A stretch of 32,000 bases of DNA from Nostoc punctiforme PCC 73102 (GTDB taxonomy: Bacteria > Cyanobacteriota > Cyanobacteriia > Cyanobacteriales > Nostocaceae). Where the stretch lies: the NCBI RefSeq assembly GCF_000020025.1, contig NC_010628.1:7980001-8012000 (forward strand), in the 5' to 3' direction. Below are positions 1 to 8,133 of this stretch, in pieces (positions within the stretch are counted from its first letter, which is position 1; every line of letters starts with the position of its first letter). Position numbers and translations under genes: made by a program. The notes under the pieces were generated by a model. It did no database searches, had not been told where the DNA came from, and saw only the letters and a list, made by a program, of their open reading frames with translations.

Positions 1-1448
1 GGATTTTGGATGAATTCTGTGGCTATTTGTTGTAATTGTTGGCGGTTAATTTTACCTTGGGAGTTACGGGGTAAGTATTGCTGGGGAATCCAATATTTAG
101 GAATTTTAAATTTGCTGAGTTTGTCTTTGAGTAGGGTTTGAATTTTTAAGGCGGAGATATCTGATTTTTTGGGAATGTAAATCGCTGTTAAGGCTTGTCC
201 CCAGTGTTTATCTGGGATGCCGATGACACAAATATCGGCAACCATTTGAGTAGCTTGTATAGCTGATTCAATTTCTGCTGGATAAATATTTTCGCCACCT
301 GTAATAATTTTATCGCTGTTACGTCCGACAATATTTAAATGACCTTGGTTGTCTAAAAAGCCTAAATCATCTACTTGAAAATCAGCTTGATTATCTCTGG
401 TTATTGGATAGTAACCAAGAGATAAAGATTGAGCATGAATAGTGATATTTCCTATTTGATTAGAATTTAAAATCTCGCCTTGCTGATTGCGAATAGTTAC
501 TTTGGCATGGGGAAGAATTTGACCACTGCTAATTTTACCACTCAGAAAATCATCTGGTTTAAGGGTGGCAATTTGAGAGGCGGTTTCTGTCATACCATAG
601 GTCGGTGCTAACCGGATGCGATAAAATCGGGCTTTTTCTAAAAGTTCGTTCCATGCTGGCGCACCTCCCAAAAGTACAGTATTAAATTGGGATAACCATT
701 TAGTTAATTCTGGATTTTGCAGCAGGCGTTGTAACTGCGTTGGTACTAAAGATATGAAAAATTCTGATTGTTTAATATTCAATATTTGACCAGATTCTAA
801 TACTTTGAATGGCAGAATAGCTAGTTTACCTCCGGTGATGAAAGAGCGCATAAATTGCATTAAACCGCTAACGTGATATAGCGGCAATACACAAAGCGAA
901 TTGACTTGGATTAGTTGAAAGTATTCTGTAAATCCTTGTACCGATGAGATGAGAGTTTCCCAGGTGTGGATGGAAAATTTAATTTGTCCTGATGAACCAC
1001 CTGTAGGAATCATAATGCTATTAGGAATTGGGCATTGGCTATTATTATTATGCCCATTCCCCATACTTCGACTTACCTCGACTTCTCTACGAGACGCTAC
1101 GCGAACGCTCGGCACAAGTCGCTCAGTACAAGTTCCCCATTCCCCATTCCCCATTCCCAAAACAATATCTGGGTGTACTAAATCAAAGACTTGTTGCCAT
1201 TCTTGTGTTCCCCAGTCGGGGTTACAAAGAAAAACTGGACAGTTAGCAGCACAAGCGGCAATAAAACTTGCTAAAAATCGTAATGGTTCGCGTTCGGCTA
1301 AGATAATTTTTGGTGGTGTTCCATACGCTGATAATTGTGTTAGTTCTAAATATAATTCTTGAGCTATTTGATTAAATTGACGGCTGTCATAACCGATAAG
1401 CCAATCATCATGAACCAGATTATTAAGGCAGTCTAGAGGTCGTTCCAT
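1..1448 (-). CDS. menE: O-succinylbenzoate--CoA ligase (adenylate-forming enzyme); the C-terminal end runs off the window; carries an in-frame repeat insertion
   Basis: Absent from the ORF track because no stop lies inside the window. My minus-strand translation from the ATG at 1448 stays open to position 1 (MERPLDCLNNLVHDDW...IMIPTGGSSGQIKF...APTYGMTETASQ...ITGGENIYPAEIE...RNSQGKINRQQL). These are AMP-binding family motifs. The ORF overlaps the menC stop by 16 nt and lies in a menA-menC-menE string. Confidence 0.85.
   Translation of the reverse strand, partial: MERPLDCLNNLVHDDWLIGYDSRQFNQIAQELYLELTQLSAYGTPPKIILAEREPLRFLASFIAACAANCPVFLCNPDWGTQEWQQVFDLVHPDIVLGMGNGEWGTCTERLVPSVRVASRREVEVSRSMGNGHNNNSQCPIPNSIMIPTGGSSGQIKFSIHTWETLISSVQGFTEYFQLIQVNSLCVLPLYHVSGLMQFMRSFITGGKLAILPFKVLESGQILNIKQSEFFISLVPTQLQRLLQNPELTKWLSQFNTVLLGGAPAWNELLEKARFYRIRLAPTYGMTETASQIATLKPDDFLSGKISSGQILPHAKVTIRNQQGEILNSNQIGNITIHAQSLSLGYYPITRDNQADFQVDDLGFLDNQGHLNIVGRNSDKIITGGENIYPAEIESAIQATQMVADICVIGIPDKHWGQALTAIYIPKKSDISALKIQTLLKDKLSKFKIPKYWIPQQYLPRNSQGKINRQQLQQIATEFIQN
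1027..1160. repeat. Repeat-derived segment inside menE: a 69-nt core flanked by same-orientation heptamers (GCCCATT CCCCATA / CCCCATT x3)
   Basis: Heptamers were read directly at 1052-1065 and 1135-1155, with GGGCATT at 1027-1038. The core contains the hairpin-like CGAGACGCTACGCGAACGCTCG. The menE frame stays open across the segment. Confidence 0.8.
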
Positions 1449-2443
1449 AAAGTTTGAAACCACGTTTCTTCTTGTTCAAAAAAATGGTCGATGCCAAAAC
1501 CAATTGCTCTATTATTTCGGGATAATTCGGCTGCTATTTGGAGTGCTGCAAGTCTACCGATCGCAGTTTCAAGTACTGATGAAAATACAGTATCAATTTG
1601 ATGCTGGTGGCAAAACTTTCTCAGACGAGATGGCGATCCGACTATCCCAGGCTTGATGACAAAAATCTCTCGCCAACCTTGTTGATGACAGGCGGCGAGT
1701 TGTTTAAGCGTGGCGACAGATTCATCTAAAGCGATCGCAGTTTCATAACTCGTACTCAATTCCAACATCTGCTGAAATTGTTCAACAGGTAGTGGTTGTT
1801 CGATAAATTCAATTTCTAGGGGTAGTTCTGCATTTGCCTTGAGATTGTCGCAAGTCCGCAGCCATAAGTTAGCTTCTTCATAGCTGAGTCCACCGTTAGC
1901 ATCTAATCGCAGTTTGGTAGAGGCTGGTAAGATGCGTGTTAGTGACTCAAAAATTTTTAGTTCATCAGCGATCGCATCCACACCAATTTTCCACTTAAAC
2001 GTGCGATATCCCTTTTGCCATAGGGTTTCCCATTGATTCAAAGCCGCTTCCCCAAATGGTAATAAGGCACTGAAAGATTGGGCATTGGGCATGGGGCATT
2101 GGGCATTGGGCATTGAGAAGAATTCATTTCCCCACTTCCAACTCCCCCACTCCCACGCTGACTCAAAGCCAAATTGACAAGCAGGTAACTCATCTGGGAT
2201 CGAAAAAATTGTTTCGTCTGTGATTTCTCCTGGAAGTTGGCGACAAAAATCTAAGACTTGTTCTAGGGTTTCGGAACCAAACCAACTAATAGGGGCAATT
2301 TCTCCCCACCCGACTCTAAGAGTTTCATCAGTAAGCCGGAGAATAATACCTTCACGAATATCCCACTTACCATGATTAGTAGTAAGTGATCGCAAAAATC
2401 TTCGCTGATATGGACGAAATTCAAATCTGTAGTCATTAGTCAT
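1433..2443 (-). CDS. menC: o-succinylbenzoate synthase (enolase superfamily)
   Basis: 336-aa ORF with an OSBS/enolase-type pattern (KWKIGV, LRLDANG, IEQP, ALDES). It lies between menA and menE on the same strand. Confidence 0.85.
   Translation of the reverse strand: MTNDYRFEFRPYQRRFLRSLTTNHGKWDIREGIILRLTDETLRVGWGEIAPISWFGSETLEQVLDFCRQLPGEITDETIFSIPDELPACQFGFESAWEWGSWKWGNEFFSMPNAQCPMPNAQSFSALLPFGEAALNQWETLWQKGYRTFKWKIGVDAIADELKIFESLTRILPASTKLRLDANGGLSYEEANLWLRTCDNLKANAELPLEIEFIEQPLPVEQFQQMLELSTSYETAIALDESVATLKQLAACHQQGWREIFVIKPGIVGSPSRLRKFCHQHQIDTVFSSVLETAIGRLAALQIAAELSRNNRAIGFGIDHFFEQEETWFQTLWNDL
2080..2114. repeat. Tandem heptamer array (GGGCATT)5 inside the menC coding sequence
   Basis: Read directly: gggcatt gggcatg gggcatt gggcatt gggcatt. 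It encodes ..SMPNAQCPMPNAQS.. on the minus strand. Confidence 0.9.
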
Positions 2444-2458
2444 TAGTCATTAGTTATT
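2431..2458. repeat. Tandem heptamer array (AGTCATT x3 + AGTTATT) spanning the menC start codon
   Basis: Read directly. On the minus strand it reads ATGACTA ATGACTA ATGACT, giving three ATGs 7 nt apart. The middle one (2443) is the menC start. Confidence 0.9.
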
Positions 2459-2471
2459 TTCCCTTTGTTTC

Positions 2472-2506
2472 AATGCCCAATGCCCAATGCCCCATGCCCC
2501 ATGCCC
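2472..2506. repeat. Tandem heptamer array (AATGCCC x3, CATGCCC x2) in the menA-menC spacer; inverted copy of 2080-2114
   Basis: Read directly. Its reverse complement matches 2080-2114 at 34 of 35 positions. Confidence 0.9.
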
Positions 2507-2508
2507 AA

Positions 2509-3405
2509 CTAAAGAATAAATCCCAAGCCAAACAGCAAGCAAGCCCAGAAATGCACGGCTACGGCGATGAATTTACAGTTACTAACTTTGTCGGGCTGGT
2601 TGTGATTTTCTTGGACATGGCGGCATAATTTGACAGCGAAGGGTAAGCTTACCCAACTCAGTAATGTCCAACCTGGAGAAATTCCCAATAGCACAAATAG
2701 CAAGGTGAGAGGATAAATGCTAGCAGTAAACCAAACTAGGACTTGGGCCCCTTTTTGGGTTCCGAGACGGACGATAGGCGATCGCTTACCTGCGGCTATG
2801 TCATCCTTAACTTGGTGAAAATGTGAGCAAAATAAAATTAAGGTTGTGGCAATCCCGACAATTACTGAGACTGCTAAACTTGTCATTGACCAAGTTTGCG
2901 TTTGGCTGTAATAGGCTGCCTCTACTGCTAAAGGGCCAAAGGCAAAAAAGCAAAGAATCTCGCCTAAACCCTGATATCCTAAGCGAAAGGGAGGCCCTTG
3001 GTACATATAGCCTAAAACACAGCATAGTAGAATGATGGCGATGACAGTTAGGTCTTGTTGCCAAAAAGCGATCGCTAGTATGCCCAGCAACCCCAAACCT
3101 AAACACAAATTTCCTATCCAAAATACTAATGGCTTATTGCTAGTCAAATTCACCAGAGAATGGTGCTTATTTTGATCGATACCTGTTTCAGAATCAAAGA
3201 CATCATTACTGATATTTTCCCAGGCAAGAATTAAGATTGCGGCAATTACAAAAGTAGAAAATACTGCACCATTGAACACTTTAGTTTCTGCAAATGCAAC
3301 TGCTGTTCCTACCCAAATGGGCATAATGGCAACGCTGTACATTGGCGGTTTAATCGCTGCCATCCATAACTTAGTGCTTGGATATAAAATTTGCTTGGTA
3401 GTCAT
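2509..3405 (-). CDS. menA: 1,4-dihydroxy-2-naphthoate prenyl(phytyl)transferase, UbiA family
   Basis: 298-aa polytopic membrane ORF with a UbiA-type Asp-rich motif (NISNDVFDSETGID), in men cluster context. Confidence 0.85.
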   Translation of the reverse strand: MTTKQILYPSTKLWMAAIKPPMYSVAIMPIWVGTAVAFAETKVFNGAVFSTFVIAAILILAWENISNDVFDSETGIDQNKHHSLVNLTSNKPLVFWIGNLCLGLGLLGILAIAFWQQDLTVIAIILLCCVLGYMYQGPPFRLGYQGLGEILCFFAFGPLAVEAAYYSQTQTWSMTSLAVSVIVGIATTLILFCSHFHQVKDDIAAGKRSPIVRLGTQKGAQVLVWFTASIYPLTLLFVLLGISPGWTLLSWVSLPFAVKLCRHVQENHNQPDKVSNCKFIAVAVHFWACLLFGLGFIL

Positions 3406-3702
3406 CAGTTGTGATTAATTAAATTACCGGAATATTACTCACACTTGAGATTTTATGATTTAAAGAGACGCTAGATTTTGGTGATATATAAACAAATATC
3501 ACTTGTTAACCTTGTGTTGTTAACACTCACCCTCACATTGCAATCTCAGGCTGAAACTGTCTTATTATGGTCTAGGAACACCATGAACAAAGTAAATCCT
3601 ACGCTGGTAAAATGGCAACTTAATATGTTACCTGTAAAAATACGACCACGATTAATTACACTTTAGGAAGTAACTTAAAAAAAATTTACTATCGTTAGAT
3701 CC

Positions 3703-5118
3703 ATGACAGTTTCACCATGTCGTAACAACTTGTTTGTAGAGCGCAAAGATTTATATCAATTTTTGTTATTAGTCCAAGAAAAGTGCCTCCAAAATAATGA
3801 CAAGCAAATTGTCAGTATCTCTCAAGAGATCGATTTAGTTGATCCTTTACTTGTATTGGATCGACTTACACAAGCAAATGAAATAAATTTTTACTTTGAG
3901 GACAGAGCTAAAGGCGAAGCGATCGCAGCAATTGATTCTGTAGCAAAATTACAGATTGATGGTGCAGATCGTTTTGCTCAAGCTGAATATTTTATCAAAT
4001 CTTGTCTAAAAAATATAATTAATTTTAGTAACGCTAATCAACCTTTTTCTGGGCCTCACTTTTTTTCTTATTTCAGCTTTTTTGATAAAAACATCCAAGT
4101 CGATTATCCATTTCCATCTGCTACCATTTTTCTTCCACGTTGGCAAGTAGCTGTTAAAAATCAGCGTTGTATATTAGTAACAAATATAATTCTTAATGAA
4201 AATACAAATATTCAAAGGTTGTTGGAGAATGTGCAAAATAAAATTGAATTTATCCAATCTTTAGAATATTACTCTCCTAATATTGATTCTTTTCCGAAAA
4301 ACTTATACAAGAAATCTGTCACAAATGCTACTCAATTTAAACGTTCAGTAGTGTCTGTTTTGGAAAAAATTCGGTCTAGTCATTTAAGCAAGATTGTTCT
4401 AGCAGATATATTAGATGTAAAATCAAGCAATCATTTTGACTTAATTAAATCCTTAAATAATCTTAGGCAAATACATCCTAATTGTTATATCTTTTCTACA
4501 AGTAATGGCAAAGGACAAAACTTTATTGGTGCAAGTCCAGAAAGATTAATTAGTATTAATAATCAACAGTTAATTACAGATGCTTTGGCTGGTTCTGCAC
4601 CACGAGGTAAAACTCCTACTGAAGATGCAGCTAATGCCAATCGCTTGTTAAATAGTGAAAAAGAAAAGCACGAACATTCACTAGTACTTAATTTTATAAC
4701 TCAACGTCTATCTGAGCTAGGTTTATCACCTCAGATATTAGCGCCTCGGCTACGACAATTATCTAACATCCAGCATTTATGGACACCTATAAGTGCGATA
4801 GTTCCTGCTAACATCCATCCATTAAAGATTGTCGGACAATTGCATCCTACACCAGCCGTTGCGGGTGCAGCCCAAGATGTAGCTTGTGCCGAAATTCGTC
4901 GTTACGAAAGCTTTGAGAGGGGTTTATATGCTGCACCTTTAGGTTGGATAGATTCTCAGGGTAACTGTGAGTTTATTGTGGGAATTCGTTCAGCATTAAT
5001 TAATGGCGATCGCGCGAGATTGTATGCTGGCGCTGGTATCGTCGCTGGCTCCGATCCTGACAAAGAATTTGCAGAGGTGCAGCTTAAACTTCAGGCGTTA
5101 TTGAAAGCGTTAGTTTAA
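3703..5118 (+). CDS. menF: isochorismate synthase (chorismate-binding enzyme)
   Basis: 471-aa ORF with chorismate-utilising motifs (GASPERL, HPTPAVAG, AGAGIVAGSDP). It is divergent from menA. Confidence 0.85.
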   Translation: MTVSPCRNNLFVERKDLYQFLLLVQEKCLQNNDKQIVSISQEIDLVDPLLVLDRLTQANEINFYFEDRAKGEAIAAIDSVAKLQIDGADRFAQAEYFIKSCLKNIINFSNANQPFSGPHFFSYFSFFDKNIQVDYPFPSATIFLPRWQVAVKNQRCILVTNIILNENTNIQRLLENVQNKIEFIQSLEYYSPNIDSFPKNLYKKSVTNATQFKRSVVSVLEKIRSSHLSKIVLADILDVKSSNHFDLIKSLNNLRQIHPNCYIFSTSNGKGQNFIGASPERLISINNQQLITDALAGSAPRGKTPTEDAANANRLLNSEKEKHEHSLVLNFITQRLSELGLSPQILAPRLRQLSNIQHLWTPISAIVPANIHPLKIVGQLHPTPAVAGAAQDVACAEIRRYESFERGLYAAPLGWIDSQGNCEFIVGIRSALINGDRARLYAGAGIVAGSDPDKEFAEVQLKLQALLKALV

Positions 5119-5152
5119 ATTACATACAGCCTCACTTCCTGAAAAGTTAGTT

Positions 5153-6286
5153 CTATAGTTCAGAAAAGTACTCGACAGTTAATCTGTTAAGTAAATTTTT
5201 TGCATCCTCATAATTAATAATATCCTTGTATATTTCTATAAGTTTTGAATAAATTTCTATAACTCTCTTACATCCAGATAAATCCGATTGTTTATAATAA
5301 ATTTCAGCCGATTTATATAAATCTTCAATTATTTCAGTTGGGATAAATATACCGTCAAAAAACTGAACACGAAATCTAATCGCTATGTAGAGCTTACATA
5401 AAGCTCTCCAAAAATAACTATCTGGATGATCTGGAATTAGTTTAATTGTATTATTATAATCATCAATAGCGCTATCACAGTGACTAACTGCCAAAAGGCC
5501 ATCACGATATTCATCAATTTTATTTAAGATGTCAATGCTTTCTTGATTGGTGGTAAAATTATCATAATATGGTTCAAAATAAGTTTGACCTCTCACAAAG
5601 TAAGCTAAACCTAAATCAGAATTAACATCAATAGCTTTTGTACAGTCGTAAATTGCCTTTTGATAGTCTTTCAACTGCCAGTAGCAATACCCTCGTGCAT
5701 AATATCCCAACCCTGATTTATCATCAGGAAACATATACAAAGCTTTATCAATATCTATAACTGCATCTTGAAACTGCACCTGTTTAATGTGATGACAGAA
5801 ATTGTTAACTATATATGAAAACAAAGTTTTATTTGACTCTGGATTGTTTGATGATATTAATAGTTCCTCTACTTCCTTAAAAGAAATTAATCCTTTATCT
5901 AACAAAAATTCCAAGGATGAAAATATTTGATATTTTCTCTTTGAATGACTAAGTTGCTGTTCAATCTTCTTGATTTTTGTGTACTTATCATTTGCGAGTG
6001 CTAAGTACCACCGCATTGCACTTTCACCAAAAAGTTTATCTCTTTTCCTTAAATTGCAACGGTTGTGAGTAGGAACCAAATTATAATAACTATTGATATG
6101 AAACTCATCTTGGAGTCCATAATTATTTTTTATTCTTTCAAAATCATCAGGGTTGAGACTTTCAGGAATAATATGGTCAATCTCCAAACATCTGAAATCT
6201 ACTGGCTTTTCACAATAAAAACATCTTTCACTATGTGCTTTCCAAATAGCTATTGTTTGGATTGATGTTAATTTATATTTAGACAT
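5153..6286 (-). CDS. HNH endonuclease domain fused to a TPR-like repeat region
   Basis: The N-terminus carries an HNH signature (CFYCEKPV..EIDHIIPES...NLVPTHNRCNLRKRDK). The C-terminal ~200 aa have TPR-like periodicity (GYYARGYCYWQLKDYQKAIYDCTKAIDVNSD, AYFVRGQTYF, AIDDYNNTIKLIPDHPDSYFWRA). The DNA is visibly more AT-rich than both neighbours (not computed). Confidence 0.7.
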   Translation of the reverse strand: MSKYKLTSIQTIAIWKAHSERCFYCEKPVDFRCLEIDHIIPESLNPDDFERIKNNYGLQDEFHINSYYNLVPTHNRCNLRKRDKLFGESAMRWYLALANDKYTKIKKIEQQLSHSKRKYQIFSSLEFLLDKGLISFKEVEELLISSNNPESNKTLFSYIVNNFCHHIKQVQFQDAVIDIDKALYMFPDDKSGLGYYARGYCYWQLKDYQKAIYDCTKAIDVNSDLGLAYFVRGQTYFEPYYDNFTTNQESIDILNKIDEYRDGLLAVSHCDSAIDDYNNTIKLIPDHPDSYFWRALCKLYIAIRFRVQFFDGIFIPTEIIEDLYKSAEIYYKQSDLSGCKRVIEIYSKLIEIYKDIINYEDAKNLLNRLTVEYFSEL

Positions 6287-6382
6287 AGATAAGTGATTAT
6301 TTAATTGAAGTTTTTAGTTTAGTTGGCAAACAAATTAAAATAAAATTTATTATCATTAATCATTTTATATTATTACAATAAT

Positions 6383-6415
6383 ATAAAAAATTACACCGAA
6401 CTTATCGGTGTAATT
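6383..6415 (-). terminator. Rho-independent terminator downstream of proA
   Basis: On the minus strand: 11-bp perfect stem AATTACACCGA / TCGGTGTAATT, 5-nt loop, followed by TTTT. It lies 35 nt after the proA stop. Confidence 0.6.
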
Positions 6416-6449
6416 ATAGCATTTTAATAACGCTTGATGTGAGGACTTT

Positions 6450-7757
6450 TTACACTAAGTCTCGATGAGTAAAAGCTTTAGCATTAGCCCCGGTGTAAGT
6501 AGCGACAATATGTCCATCACCAGTCATTTGATATTTGTATGTCACTAATCCTTCTAAACCAACGGGGCCACGGGGAGGCATTTGTTGCGTACTAATCCCT
6601 ACTTCTGCACCGAAACCATAACGGAAACCATCAGCAAATCGGGTAGAACAATTGTGGAATATATTGGCTGAATTTACTAGTCCAAAGAAAGTTTCAACAG
6701 ATGTTGAATCTTCAGTAATAATCGCGTCAGTATGACGAGAACCGTATTCGTTAATATGTGCGATCGCATCTTCTATAGAGTCTACAATCTTTATTGACAA
6801 AATATAATCGCTATATTCTGTTTCCCAGTCTATTTCTGTTGCAGATACAATGTTCGGTAAAATTTTCAAGGTACGTTTATCGCCTCTTAATTCAACATGG
6901 CGTTCTTGCAAAGCATCAGCAACTTTTGGTAAAAATTCTGTAGCAATTGATTGGTGAACTAGCAAAGTTTCAATTGCATTACAAACAGCAGGATATTGGG
7001 CTTTGGCATCGACAGTAATCGGAACTGCTTTAGAAATATCAGCAGCTTTATCTATATAAAGATGACAAATTCCGTCAGCATGACCTAGTACCGGAATGCG
7101 TGTATTTTCCTGTACAAAGCGTACAAAGGAATTAGAACCTCTAGGGATAATTAAATCCACATATTTATCTAATTTCAAAAGTTCTAAAGTTTCTTCTCTA
7201 GTTGTCAGTAACTGTACCGTATCTGGGTTAACAGCAGTATGTGACAATCCTTGCTTAATTGCCTTAACTATCGCTTCACAAGAACGCACCGCTTCTTTGC
7301 CACATTTGAGAATCACACCATTTCCCGATTTGATTGCTAAGGAAGCAATTTGAATCGCCGCCTCTGGACGTGCTTCAAAAATAATCCCCAAAACACCTAA
7401 AGGACAAGTAATTCGTTTGAGAATTAAGCCAGTGTCAAGTTCGCGGTGAATCTGCACTTTACCAACTGGATCGTCTAGCTTACCGACATCTTGTACCCCA
7501 ACGATCGCATCTCTTAATTTATGTTCATCCAACTGCAAGCGCTTATAAAGCGGTTTGGGAATTCCTTCGGCATTAGCAGCTTCACAATCAGCAATATTTG
7601 CTTGTAAAATTTCATCTTTAGCTGATTCTAAAGCTTGCGCGATCGCAATAATTGCTTGATTTTTTGCCTCAGTGGAGAGAATCGCCAGTTTACTTGCAGC
7701 TTTGCGGGTTTTTTGGGCGATCGCAATTAGGGGAGAACCAATATCAAAAGTAGTCAT
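6450..7757 (-). CDS. proA: glutamate-5-semialdehyde dehydrogenase (gamma-glutamyl phosphate reductase)
   Basis: 435-aa ORF with a full-length ProA-like sequence (..IFEARPEA.., NAIETLLVH, ..HTDAIIT.., [20 protein letters not shown]). Confidence 0.9.
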   Translation of the reverse strand: MTTFDIGSPLIAIAQKTRKAASKLAILSTEAKNQAIIAIAQALESAKDEILQANIADCEAANAEGIPKPLYKRLQLDEHKLRDAIVGVQDVGKLDDPVGKVQIHRELDTGLILKRITCPLGVLGIIFEARPEAAIQIASLAIKSGNGVILKCGKEAVRSCEAIVKAIKQGLSHTAVNPDTVQLLTTREETLELLKLDKYVDLIIPRGSNSFVRFVQENTRIPVLGHADGICHLYIDKAADISKAVPITVDAKAQYPAVCNAIETLLVHQSIATEFLPKVADALQERHVELRGDKRTLKILPNIVSATEIDWETEYSDYILSIKIVDSIEDAIAHINEYGSRHTDAIITEDSTSVETFFGLVNSANIFHNCSTRFADGFRYGFGAEVGISTQQMPPRGPVGLEGLVTYKYQMTGDGHIVATYTGANAKAFTHRDLV

Positions 7758-8133
7758 AGCAAAAATCTTTACTTTTTCTTCATCTTATCAATCTGAGTCG
7801 ATCGTTGCTTATCGTCTTCCCCCAATCGGGTGAACCATCTGGGTAATCAATAATTACTCTGATCGGGTGAAGCAAAACCTGGTTCAAAAAACTTATTCTG
7901 TGAATATGAAACACAGAGACGGCAGAAGTAACAACTTCGGGGTTATATAAATATCTTAAGTATTATTACAGGCATTATTTGAAAGCCTTAAATATGATTT
8001 ATGCGTACCATAGGCTAGAGAGACATTTATGTTTCTCTGGTCTTTTACTTTAGTAGACAATTTATACTGCTGGCTATGCTTTCGGGTTTGCTACTTCAAC
8101 GATGTTTACCAAGAAAGGCAGAGGACTAGTACG

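Noticed and set aside
949-1362. Plus-strand ORFs of 137 aa and 72 aa (949-1362, 1028-1246)
   Set aside because: They lie antisense to the well-supported menE frame. They are partly translations of the heptamer/repeat segment (low complexity, PHSPFPIP) and contain no recognisable motifs.
2077-2506. Heptamer arrays as a CRISPR-like array
   Set aside because: The units are 7 nt and directly tandem with no spacers, and no cas genes are present. They fit cyanobacterial STRR-type simple repeats.
2807-3121. Alternative-frame and antisense ORFs inside menA (2807-3121 minus, 2823-3035 plus)
   Set aside because: They are nested entirely within the UbiA-family ORF, which explains the region. Their composition is not protein-like.
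3478-3666. 62-aa ORF in the menA/menF divergent spacer
   Set aside because: It has no SD-like sequence or motif, and it sits where the two divergent promoters are expected. It is probably chance.
7790-7900. Possible structured leader or riboswitch upstream of proA (direct repeat TCACCCGAT x2 on the minus strand, GAACCA/TGGTTC and GTAAT/ATTAC stems)
   Set aside because: I could not match it to any riboswitch or leader class I know. The stems are short and AT-rich. It is worth a covariance scan but is not supportable as a feature.
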